This document shows positions 31,301-38,645 of a stretch of DNA of 64,000 nucleotides, one piece after another (the first letter of the stretch is position 1; each line of letters starts with the position of its first letter). The translations under genes were made by a program, and so were the position numbers. The notes under the pieces were generated by a model. It saw only the letters and a list, made by a program, of their open reading frames with translations. It made no database searches and was not told the origin of the DNA. The stretch covers positions 1 through 64,000 of the IMG/VR virus record IMGVR_UViG_3300044835_000040. One strand, given 5' to 3'. The stretch comes from a virus.

Positions 31301-31415
31301 CCTGATCAAGGAGCGGCTGACCGAGACGGTCGAGAAGGCCCTCGCGCCGGAGCCCGAGCCGGAGAAGCCGATCGTGAGCATGGGCGACGGGATCGACATC
31401 CTGGACGCCGAGTAG
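28380..31415 (+). CDS. Large hypothetical protein (N-terminal coiled coil, acidic tail)
   Basis: 1011-aa ORF with consistent codon usage. Confidence 0.75.
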   Translation: MPSYDEEMDQLAEEIGELAAEEAEKAQALAVSTESFTPESVAAAETALRGVQQRMAGKQKQLARVEKELRQEIRAREQHMQEVMHRTSRAIDTAMEPINKLVSNLQEGLKTMGLYLGRGEEIVPIREGEKAPAEETIYVRQMVLAMDEETGIFAEDGGIDADRVEEFDQWLLADEKHVAQIVPETKCVVAVVPRWRERNEERRSKSGNPEDQLTHFIIRNGECLYRTSVDFHAGDHLIPKADEFAGVFTRQGDDEPIRPNTREYAKAMEQTEGISRRFLRIGLILQGLIDRTEIFDPLHPAGINMLVDAARHPEKLRFVMDGGEGALDSGQQTFKEWQAETNKQLRVGMRIVGAFDGELWRDANVEGYERNRKQGARVHPKGWNAPNPKSAKPYVLETIAESGYKFLFDRGTVYDRWRERPAKQRASCTVYAEDEFIIAYDLADAALMRRFLGDRRNRRDYKQLWPLIRSVMTAKEAEEATEAPFRQMLAGVLARENGVTVEDTEKAVPELIRWFKLGNRYHRPLTLDDLGDVEDHKTPRGRSRSDAPEREQVERAKGRREAHESKAVRLIVAEHKRRLKDAGRKVDEKLVATLARTYPAYLLIARTRQGEYVVVLPEEPDRNIYVREIRFSAKGAERSDKRWLMVGARGKQWSTIRESERWADWDRMANPVEHITVPERDELVRQLTSRSAPRGEQLIGVITQKGDADAQIELWTVDDNGFLEFSAENPLKARLHRGPELHFHGARWSRKATTAPKLSTYMDGAYVTGRYDPWESKEDKAKRKSETHLRPWEQGGRRVLYLDRALVDRYDRMVADWADAERYSDGAWSMYGLIMARLRRGWESTHDTSKDSMPSALEAHRHYSSGADEQLEGSIAEAFVRGELYDGMPIEEVWQLAVGRGMMGAYVPDKRIKGMSSWEDDVPALFPEEVAGLKIDLSPASKGLVANEGDEEPGDEEPDDTPELDEDQLDADVALIKERLTETVEKALAPEPEPEKPIVSMGDGIDILDAE

Positions 31416-31446
31416 GCTGCGCCGCAACCGATCGAGGAGGTGCGAG

Positions 31447-32172
31447 ATGGAGGGCAGGGGAATCCCGCTCAGGCGCGTGGTGGAGCTGGCCGAGACGGAC
31501 GAGGCGCAGCAGGGCAGCTTCAACTGGATCCTGACGCTCGCGGTGGTGGGGCAGGCGGGAGCGGTGTCGCTCGACGTGCGTGTCGGCGGCCATCGTTGCG
31601 CTGACGAGAGGGCGCTGCTGATGGAGCCGCAGGAGCCGGAGGCCCCGCCGAAAATCTTCGCCGCGGAGTACTGGTCGGGCGGCATCATGCTGCACGGGTA
31701 CAGGCCGATCGCGGGCGGCAGCGCCGCGCCCGCTCAGTGCGGGCTGTTGCACGACGGCCGCTGCTACGGGGAGTCGATGTTCGACCCGGAGAGAGACGGC
31801 AAGCTGATCGCCCGGCTGTCGAACCCCGGCGGTCAGAAGGCGGTGTTCGAGCACCTGGAGGGCGTGTACTGGGCCGAGTTCGTGCCATCGCTGAGCCCGG
31901 AGCAGATCGCGGCCCGTGAACGCCGCCGCGGTGAGGAGCTGGCCGAGGCGCGCCTGGAGGGCGAGCCGGAGTTCGTACGCGCGGCGCCCGACGCAGAGGT
32001 GGAGCTGACGGGTCACGAGATCTCGATCCACGACGTGCGCATGAGCGCGGGCGAGCGCTTCTGGGCGATCTGCAGCTGTCAGTGGCGGGGCGTGTCGAGC
32101 GAAGCACGCGCGGATGCCGTCGGTGATGCCGAGGCTCACATCGCGACGCAGCGTCTCCGTCAGCGAGGCTGA
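31447..32172 (+). CDS. Hypothetical protein
   Basis: Partial header TAGGCT..GCAACCGAT..AGGAGGTGCGAGATG. Confidence 0.65.
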   Translation: MEGRGIPLRRVVELAETDEAQQGSFNWILTLAVVGQAGAVSLDVRVGGHRCADERALLMEPQEPEAPPKIFAAEYWSGGIMLHGYRPIAGGSAAPAQCGLLHDGRCYGESMFDPERDGKLIARLSNPGGQKAVFEHLEGVYWAEFVPSLSPEQIAARERRRGEELAEARLEGEPEFVRAAPDAEVELTGHEISIHDVRMSAGERFWAICSCQWRGVSSEARADAVGDAEAHIATQRLRQRG

Positions 32173-32181
32173 TCCGTCGTC

Positions 32182-32985
32182 TTGCCCGCTAATCTGCGCT
32201 TCATGGCGGTGGAGGAGGCGGCGACGGAGATCTTTGACCATGAGGTGCCGGGAGCGATCAAGTGCAAGTCCCCCGGATGCCCGAACTGGTTCATGCGCGC
32301 GGGCAACCGCCACCGGTACTGCAAGGCCGAGAACTGCACCTACCGCCGAGGTGCGGCGCTCGCACGCGAGGTGCAAGAGGCGGGCGGCGCTTCACTGGAG
32401 CTGCTGTTGCGGCTGCAGGACGAGGAATCCGGCGAGGTGGGGCCGGACCTGCTCGGCGCTCGCCGTGTCGCGGTGCAAGAAGCGCTGCGTGCCGGTGACC
32501 TGCAGGCACTGTTCGGCGCGCTCGTGGACGAGGCCACCGCGTGTGTCTGGTTCGCTGACCGGGCCGCGGCGGGGAAGCTACCGAGGCGGCTCCAGATCGC
32601 GGGGCCGCCGCCGTTCGCCGGGATGCAGGCGCCCGCGCAGAGGCCGGTCGGGCTGGCGCAGGCGGTGCTCTCGTCGCACAAGCGGACGTTCTATCTCGCG
32701 GAGAAACGCTGTGAGCTGCTGTGGCGGATGCTCGACGCGCGCGATGAACAGACCGCGGCGGAAGTCGGCGTAGCGGCGACGGCGGGCGGCATCCAGGAGC
32801 CGGAGGCGCAGGAGAACCTGGAGCTGAAGCGCGTCGCGTACGCGCAGGCCGAGGCGGCATACACGGCGATCGAGATGGCGTGGCGGGAGCGAGCTATCGC
32901 GCTGAGGGACCTGTCGGGCGCGGTCGAGTCGGCCGCTGGACCGTCTGGCCCTGGACCGTCTGGTCCGAGAGCCTTGGCTGCATAG
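32182..32985 (+). CDS. Zn-finger (CGNR-like) hypothetical protein
   Basis: CKSPGCPNWF...RYCKAENC. Confidence 0.55.
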   Translation: MPANLRFMAVEEAATEIFDHEVPGAIKCKSPGCPNWFMRAGNRHRYCKAENCTYRRGAALAREVQEAGGASLELLLRLQDEESGEVGPDLLGARRVAVQEALRAGDLQALFGALVDEATACVWFADRAAAGKLPRRLQIAGPPPFAGMQAPAQRPVGLAQAVLSSHKRTFYLAEKRCELLWRMLDARDEQTAAEVGVAATAGGIQEPEAQENLELKRVAYAQAEAAYTAIEMAWRERAIALRDLSGAVESAAGPSGPGPSGPRALAA

Positions 32986-33271
32986 TGCCCCAGCCGCTAC
33001 TCGAACCGGCTGTGCTCGTGTCGGAGAACTGCACGGCCTGCAAAGGCACCGGCACGCTCGAACGCAAGGAGTCGCGCTCGACATGCGGTGACTGCGACGG
33101 GTCGGGTCGCCGGATCTCCGAGATGCCGGTGAGCGAGGTGTACGAGCTGGCGCGTCGTCGCGCTGAGCGGCTGGTCGCGCCGCCGCCGTCGGCAGCTCGC
33201 GAGGAGGCGCTTCGCGTGACGCGAGCGGAGGCGACCAGCGAGGACTCCCCGCACGGCGAGGAGGTCGGCAC

Positions 33272-33661
33272 GTGATCGCGATGCGGATGGAGGGCGTCTC
33301 TGACGAGGAGGCGTACGTGGCGGCGATCGGCTCGATCCTGGACATCTCGACGGAGCGGATCCCGAGGTTCCACGGGATCTCGGCGGGGATGGAGTGGAAT
33401 GCGTGGCTCGGCTCGAAGCTGAACCTCGCAGCGTGGGAATTCTCGAACTTCTCGGCGGTGCCGCCGGGGCTGTGGCTGCTGCGGATCAAGTCGCCGTATC
33501 CGGCCTACGACATGCACACGCTGGTGATGCATGGGCAGCTGATCGTGCACGACCCGCACCCGGAACCGCAGGACATCGATCTGTCCGATGTGGGGCTTGT
33601 GGGCATCGTGCTGTTCCCGTTGGATCCGTCGCTGCCTTCGGGTCGACTGGCGCTTGACTAG
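33272..33661 (+). CDS. Hypothetical protein (possible peptidase-like fold)
   Basis: H-T-L-V...IVHDP pattern; catalytic Cys not evident. Confidence 0.45.
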   Translation: MIAMRMEGVSDEEAYVAAIGSILDISTERIPRFHGISAGMEWNAWLGSKLNLAAWEFSNFSAVPPGLWLLRIKSPYPAYDMHTLVMHGQLIVHDPHPEPQDIDLSDVGLVGIVLFPLDPSLPSGRLALD

Positions 33662-33716
33662 AGCGACCGATGGTCGCTATACTGGTCGTGCAACCGATCG
33701 AAGGAGGGCAGTGATG
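33654..33716 (+). promoter_or_regulatory. Class-i header: TTGACT-N18-TATACT with palindrome AGCGACCGATGGTCGCT (33662-33678)
   Basis: Read directly. Confidence 0.8.
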
Positions 33717-33817
33717 AGGAGTCAGGCTCAGCGCGACGCGCAGCAGAAGGCTTCGCGCGTCGATCGCGAACAGCAGGAAGCCAGGCGGACTCTCGCTCGG
33801 CTAAAGGGGCGTGGCTG

Positions 33818-34111
33818 ATGCCCGCGAATCTGACGACCGTAGCGCGCGAGAAGGCCCGCGCGCTGCCGAATCCGAGGGTCGACGAGCTGAGCTATGGGCT
33901 GGTCGCGTGGCCGGGTCGTCGCGACTGGCGTGCCTACACGGGCATCACCTGCCCCGACCGGAATGGCAAGGTGACGCTGAAGAACGGCGAGGCGACCGTG
34001 ATGATCTGCGACGCGAACGAGATGGTCGACCTGATCGAAGTCGCGGCCGAGCCGATGGACACCGTGCAGGCCGTCGACGGCCCCTACGAACTGGATCACC
34101 GCGACCGGTGA
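33818..34111 (+). CDS. Hypothetical protein
   Basis: TGATG-coupled to the short 33714-33818 ORF. Confidence 0.55.
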   Translation: MPANLTTVAREKARALPNPRVDELSYGLVAWPGRRDWRAYTGITCPDRNGKVTLKNGEATVMICDANEMVDLIEVAAEPMDTVQAVDGPYELDHRDR

Positions 34112-34150
34112 TCGCGCCGGGGCGCCCGCTAGGGTGCGACCCAGTGCGAC

Positions 34151-34612
34151 ATGGCTGACGGGATCTACGACCCTCTGACCGATGAACTGCGGTCTGTCCC
34201 GTGCCCGGCCGGGGACCAGATCGCGGACGTGCGGGGCACGCAGTACGCCAACTGCCCCGGTGTGCGATGCCGGGTCACGCACGACGTGCTCGACATCGCC
34301 GCGTCGGCGAAGGTGCTCGTGAAGTGGTGCTGCAACGAGGCGGGCGGCGACGGCGGCTTCAGCGAGTGCCCGGTGTGGCGCTACGAGAAGGAACGCCTGG
34401 AGGAAGGCCGTCACTCGATGGGCGACGAGCGCGAGAAGGAGAAAGTCGACGAGCGGCAATGGCGCCACGACCTGACGGGCTCGGAGTACGGCGACACCTC
34501 CGAGCTGGACGTGATCGAGCAGCGCGTGCAGGAAGGCATCCAGGAGATGCACGAAGCGGGCGCGTCGGGCCTGATCGGCAAGACCGGCACCAGCGACTCG
34601 ATCGGCTCGTAG
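34151..34612 (+). CDS. Cys-containing hypothetical protein
   Basis: ORF directly upstream of the portal. Confidence 0.55.
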   Translation: MADGIYDPLTDELRSVPCPAGDQIADVRGTQYANCPGVRCRVTHDVLDIAASAKVLVKWCCNEAGGDGGFSECPVWRYEKERLEEGRHSMGDEREKEKVDERQWRHDLTGSEYGDTSELDVIEQRVQEGIQEMHEAGASGLIGKTGTSDSIGS

Positions 34613-34630
34613 CAGTCCTTTCGGGGACCG

Positions 34631-36835
34631 GTGGCATCATGGGCCGCCGTGGGCCGCATGTCTGCCATCAGGGAGTCCGCTGAACGCCTGACGGGCGTCA
34701 GCACGATCCCGCTGACGGAGCGCCACCGTCTCGAAGAGGCCGAGCAGGAGATGCGCGGCAAGACGCGCGAGTTGCAGGATCTCGCGTACAGCATCCTCGA
34801 CTACGCGCAGGGCGCTCCGCAGGAGATGAAGGCGCAGGAGCGCCGGAACCTCGCGCAGAAGGCGCGCGTGGTCTGGCAGCAGGATCCGCAGTACGGCGGC
34901 ACGATCAACCTGCTGAACGAGTTCGTGCTCGGCCGCGGGATCCCGAAGCCGCAGGCCGTCGACGAAGCGGCCCAGGACGAGATCGACGAGTTCTGGGCTG
35001 ACCCCGATAACCAGCGGATCCTGACGACGCACGCTGCGCAGGTCCGGCTGAACACCGACCTGTCGCTGCAGAGCAACATCTTCCCGCTCGTCTATGACGA
35101 AGGCGAAGACGGGCAGGTCAAGCTCGGGCTGCTCGATCACGACACAGTGGAAAACGCGGTCCGTGACCCCGACGCTCGACTGCGGGTCCTCTACTACTTC
35201 ACGAAGTCCTACAACCGCGAATGGGACGTGCAGAAGCACACGTACGTGGTCTCCAAAGACCGCGAAAAGCTGCGCTACTACGAGGAGTTCCGCAATCTCC
35301 AGGACGCTGAACGCGACGCTGAGGCCGGGATCCGCAAGGAGGACCTGCCGCAGATCCCGCCGGATCTGATCGGCCGCGGTCGTGTGGTGCATGTCGCGAT
35401 CAACCGAACGATGGAGCAGGCGTTCGGGATCCCGGAGATCGCCCGCACGATTCGCTGGCTGACTGCGTACAACGATCTGATGCGCGCGCGTGTCGACATG
35501 GCGAAGGCGGCGTCGTCGATCATCATGCGCAGGAAGCTGAAGGGCGGCGCTGCGGGGATGACGCAGCTCGCGTCGCAGGCGCTGCTGCAGGCGAACACGG
35601 TGCCGCAGGCGCCCGTCGACCCGACGAGCCTGGGGCAGGCGCCGAAGCCGGGGTCGATCTTGGAGGAGAACGACTGGGTCGAACATCAGCCGTTCACGCT
35701 GCCGTCGGGGTCTTCCTCGGCGATGCAGGATGCGCAGATGATCCGCTCGCAGTACTCGGTCGGCACCGGCTGGCCGCAGTCGTATCTCGGTGACCCGTCA
35801 GCGACGGATCTCGCGACGGCGACGACGCTGGAGCTTCGCGTGCTGAAGATGGTCGAAGCGCGTCAGCAGGTGCTGGAGGATCTGATCTCGGTGCTGATCA
35901 ACCACAAGATCAAGCGCGCGCTCGAAACGAAGAAAATCTCGAAGTTCAGGACGATGACGGCCGAGGAGAAGAAGCGCGCACGGATGAAGGCCGAAGCCGA
36001 ACGCGAGGCCGAAGGGCTGCCCGCGCCCGGCACGCCCGCGCTCGCTGCGCAGGTGCAACAGGCGGCCGCGAACGGGCTGCGTGCGCTGCACATGGTCGAC
36101 AGCACCGACGAGGAAGAGGACGAGGCGCCGCCGACTGGCATGGTCGCTCGCGACTTCACCTTCCAGGTCTCGATGCCTTCGCCGCTGCGTCGTGCGATGG
36201 GCGATCTGATCAACGGCGTGTCGATCATCGCGAAGACGTTCGACCCGAACGCGTCGAACATGGAGCTGTCGCGGACGCTGCTCGGGATCGCGCTCGGCGA
36301 GGGCCTGGAAGTCGAGGATCCCGGCGCCGCGGTCGAGCGGATCTTCCCGGAGGGGTATGTCGACCCGATGGTGCAGGCCGCGCAGCAGCAGGCCGCCGCG
36401 CAGACGCCGGAAATGCCTCCGGGCAGCTTCTCCCCGGAAGACCAGCCGGGCTTCGGCTCGCCCGCGTCGGCATTCGGGCGGCCGGGCACGCCGCAGGGCG
36501 AGGGCAACCCGTACAACGCGAAGCAGAAAGCACGGGACCCTTCGGAATCGATGCAGCAGGCCGCGGTCGAGGAGATCGTGCACAAGGCCGCCGACGCGCT
36601 CGCGGACAGGCGGCTGCTCGTGCTGCACGCGCGTGGCGGGGAGCGTCTGACGCCGGAGGTGATGGAGGCGGTCGTGAAGCGCGCGGTCGCTCGCCAGTCG
36701 CCGACGCCCGGCGGGCGCTTCACGGGCACGCAGATCGGCGGGTCGCGTGCGGTTATGGCCGAGGTGATGGCGGACGGGATTCTCGGCGAGGCGTTCGCGA
36801 AGGCGCTCGGGTCGCTGGAGATGACCGAGCACTGA
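34631..36835 (+). CDS. Portal protein (start may be 34649 or 34658)
   Basis: Size; VVHVAINR..FGIPE; VGTGWPQSYLGD..LATA portal-like motifs; position upstream of the MuF/protease/capsid block. Confidence 0.8.
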   Translation: MASWAAVGRMSAIRESAERLTGVSTIPLTERHRLEEAEQEMRGKTRELQDLAYSILDYAQGAPQEMKAQERRNLAQKARVVWQQDPQYGGTINLLNEFVLGRGIPKPQAVDEAAQDEIDEFWADPDNQRILTTHAAQVRLNTDLSLQSNIFPLVYDEGEDGQVKLGLLDHDTVENAVRDPDARLRVLYYFTKSYNREWDVQKHTYVVSKDREKLRYYEEFRNLQDAERDAEAGIRKEDLPQIPPDLIGRGRVVHVAINRTMEQAFGIPEIARTIRWLTAYNDLMRARVDMAKAASSIIMRRKLKGGAAGMTQLASQALLQANTVPQAPVDPTSLGQAPKPGSILEENDWVEHQPFTLPSGSSSAMQDAQMIRSQYSVGTGWPQSYLGDPSATDLATATTLELRVLKMVEARQQVLEDLISVLINHKIKRALETKKISKFRTMTAEEKKRARMKAEAEREAEGLPAPGTPALAAQVQQAAANGLRALHMVDSTDEEEDEAPPTGMVARDFTFQVSMPSPLRRAMGDLINGVSIIAKTFDPNASNMELSRTLLGIALGEGLEVEDPGAAVERIFPEGYVDPMVQAAQQQAAAQTPEMPPGSFSPEDQPGFGSPASAFGRPGTPQGEGNPYNAKQKARDPSESMQQAAVEEIVHKAADALADRRLLVLHARGGERLTPEVMEAVVKRAVARQSPTPGGRFTGTQIGGSRAVMAEVMADGILGEAFAKALGSLEMTEH

Positions 36836-36888
36836 GCGTCCGTGGCCGCCGGTAGGCTCGCGGCCACAAGTCAACCTGGAGGTGCGAG

Positions 36889-37368
36889 ATGACGGTGCTG
36901 GTTCAGCCGGTGATGGCCGAGGAGGAGGCGCAGGCAGCGGTGACTGTCCTGCGGGCGGTCGAGCAGAGGCGGATCCTCGTGGAGCACGACGAGGAACGGA
37001 TACGTCACGCGATCGAGGCGATCGAGCACGCGCCGAGGCACGACCCGGAGAAGCCGCGTCCGGCGGCCGCGCGGCACGGTGACCCGTCCACGTCGAAGGA
37101 GGCAGCGAAGGCCGTCACGCCGCGCGCGGGCAGCCAGAGGGCGCTGCTGCTGGAGCAGTTCGTGCGCGTCGGCGATCGTGGCCTGACGGCGTACGAGGCG
37201 GGCGGGCTCGCGCTCGGCTACAAGGGCTGCTACTGGAAGCGCGTCGGCGAGCTGGAGGACGAAGGCTGGATCGTGCACGACGGTCGCGAGCGCGTCTCCC
37301 CCGAGTCGAACGCAAACCGCAGGGTGTTCGTCGCGACCCCGGCTGCGCACGCGTGGCGGGCCGCCTGA
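36889..37368 (+). CDS. Winged-HTH DNA-binding protein
   Basis: ARHGDPSTSKEAA...GLTAYE...KRVGELEDEGWI phage HTH pattern; GGAGGTGCGAGATG start motif. Confidence 0.7.
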   Translation: MTVLVQPVMAEEEAQAAVTVLRAVEQRRILVEHDEERIRHAIEAIEHAPRHDPEKPRPAAARHGDPSTSKEAAKAVTPRAGSQRALLLEQFVRVGDRGLTAYEAGGLALGYKGCYWKRVGELEDEGWIVHDGRERVSPESNANRRVFVATPAAHAWRAA

Positions 37369-37396
37369 CGATAGGACGCCTGCCGTAGATTGATCT

Positions 37397-37485
37397 TGCT
37401 CGGTCCCGCCCCGAGCACCCCCCGGACCCGGCGCCCGCGCATAGGAATCTCGCACCTCCTGTCGCGCGGCGCCGGGTCCCCTTTC
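37397..37485 (+). ncRNA. Candidate small RNA: two hairpins, the second loop antisense to the shared start motif
   Basis: Own promoter TAGGA-N9-TAGATT (37372-37391); hairpin 37397-37417; long hairpin 37424-37479 with loop ATCTCGCACC; ends in CTTTCT. Confidence 0.55.
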
Positions 37486-37523
37486 TGACCTGACGATAGG
37501 AGCTGGCGCTTAGGCTCTATCTC

Positions 37524-38093
37524 GTGAGCGCCAGAGACGAGCAGACAGGTCCCGCCGAGCCGCTTCTGACGCTGACGCAGGGTCAGCTGGTGAAGCTGGT
37601 GAACGATGCGGCGCTCGCGGCCGCTGAGAGGATAACGTCGCGCTATCGCCTGAAGCTCGCGTTCTGGGCGTTCCTCGCGGGCGCACTGGCGTCTTCGGCG
37701 ATTGCGATTCCGGTCACGCTGATCGTGTCGCACGATGCTGCGGCGAGCGCGGCTCGGCAGGCGAACTTGAACGCGTCGGCGAACTGCCGCAACATCTCCA
37801 GTCTCGCGACGATCGAGGAAACGACCTACCGGGAATCGGCACTCCAGACACGGGCGTTTGCGCAGAAATCGAGCGACCGGTTCGGGCTAACCAAAGAGCA
37901 GTTCGCGCAGCTGATCGCGGCGAATGAACGGCGTGAACAGATCAGGGTCGCGAAGCTGCAGGCCATCGCAGCATCCGAATGCGGGGCCAAGGTACAGACT
38001 CCCGAAACGCGCATTTCTACAACTCCGAGCAAGAAGCCGGGCACCACGACGAAACCGTCCAGTTCGACGCGTACGTCCAAGCCCGGTCACTAG
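37524..38093 (+). CDS. Membrane protein (leaderless; possible lysis accessory)
   Basis: TM segment LAFWAFLAGALASSAIAIPVTLIV; class-ii promoter at 37491-37516. Confidence 0.6.
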   Translation: MSARDEQTGPAEPLLTLTQGQLVKLVNDAALAAAERITSRYRLKLAFWAFLAGALASSAIAIPVTLIVSHDAAASAARQANLNASANCRNISSLATIEETTYRESALQTRAFAQKSSDRFGLTKEQFAQLIAANERREQIRVAKLQAIAASECGAKVQTPETRISTTPSKKPGTTTKPSSSTRTSKPGH

Positions 38094-38107
38094 GGGGCTA
38101 TGCCCCG

Positions 38108-38311
38108 ATGGGGCTGCTGCTCATAGCTTTGATCGTCGTGCTCGTCGGATCGGCGTCGGTGATCGTCTCGATCGTTCATCGCCGTCGGCACGAAGCCAAA
38201 CGCCAGGAGGACCTAGCGCAACGCGCCGCGAAGACGGCGGTGGGCCTAGCCGTAGAAAGGCTGCGAGGGGATGACGACGAGTGGCATCAGCAGGCGCACA
38301 GCCACTCCTGA
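38108..38311 (+). CDS. Small single-TM protein
   Basis: MGLLLIALIVVLVGSASVIVSIVHRRR. Confidence 0.5.
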   Translation: MGLLLIALIVVLVGSASVIVSIVHRRRHEAKRQEDLAQRAAKTAVGLAVERLRGDDDEWHQQAHSHS

Positions 38312-38622
38312 TCGCGCTGATCGCGGCTGTCGGTACGGGGCTGCCGACGCTCGCGTACACGATCTGGCGCGGGCGGAAACTGGGGCCGAAGGAGGAAGAC
38401 GCGATCGTGACGCGCACCGCTCACGATGCCGTCGAGGCGATGGATACAGTGCTGACGGCCGCACGACGCGAGCGCGAGGAAATGCAAGACAAACTGGACG
38501 CCGCCCTACGCAAGATCGCTGAGCTGGAGCGGTGTCGTGCGGAGGATGCAGAGCACATCGAGACCCTGGAGCGTCGCGTCGAGTACCTGGAGGGTGAAGT
38601 CGAGACCCTGAAGGCGTCTTAG
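38281..38622 (+). CDS. TM plus coiled-coil protein (holin/lysis-accessory-like)
   Basis: N-terminal TM then coiled coil, typical of actinophage lysis-cassette membrane proteins. Confidence 0.55.
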   Translation: MASAGAQPLLIALIAAVGTGLPTLAYTIWRGRKLGPKEEDAIVTRTAHDAVEAMDTVLTAARREREEMQDKLDAALRKIAELERCRAEDAEHIETLERRVEYLEGEVETLKAS

Positions 38623-38645
38623 GGCGCTGGCCGTAGACTGGCTGG

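Noticed and set aside
34151-34612. Terminase small subunit call
   Set aside because: Position near the portal is suggestive but there is no recognisable HTH/TerS motif; left as hypothetical.
37230-37460. Minus-strand gene using AGGAGGTGCGAG as its RBS
   Set aside because: The motif is followed by ATT, not ATG. The next ATG gives an ORF overlapping the HTH gene antisense, no minus-strand promoter is evident, and every other gene is on +. Kept only as an alternative to the sRNA model.
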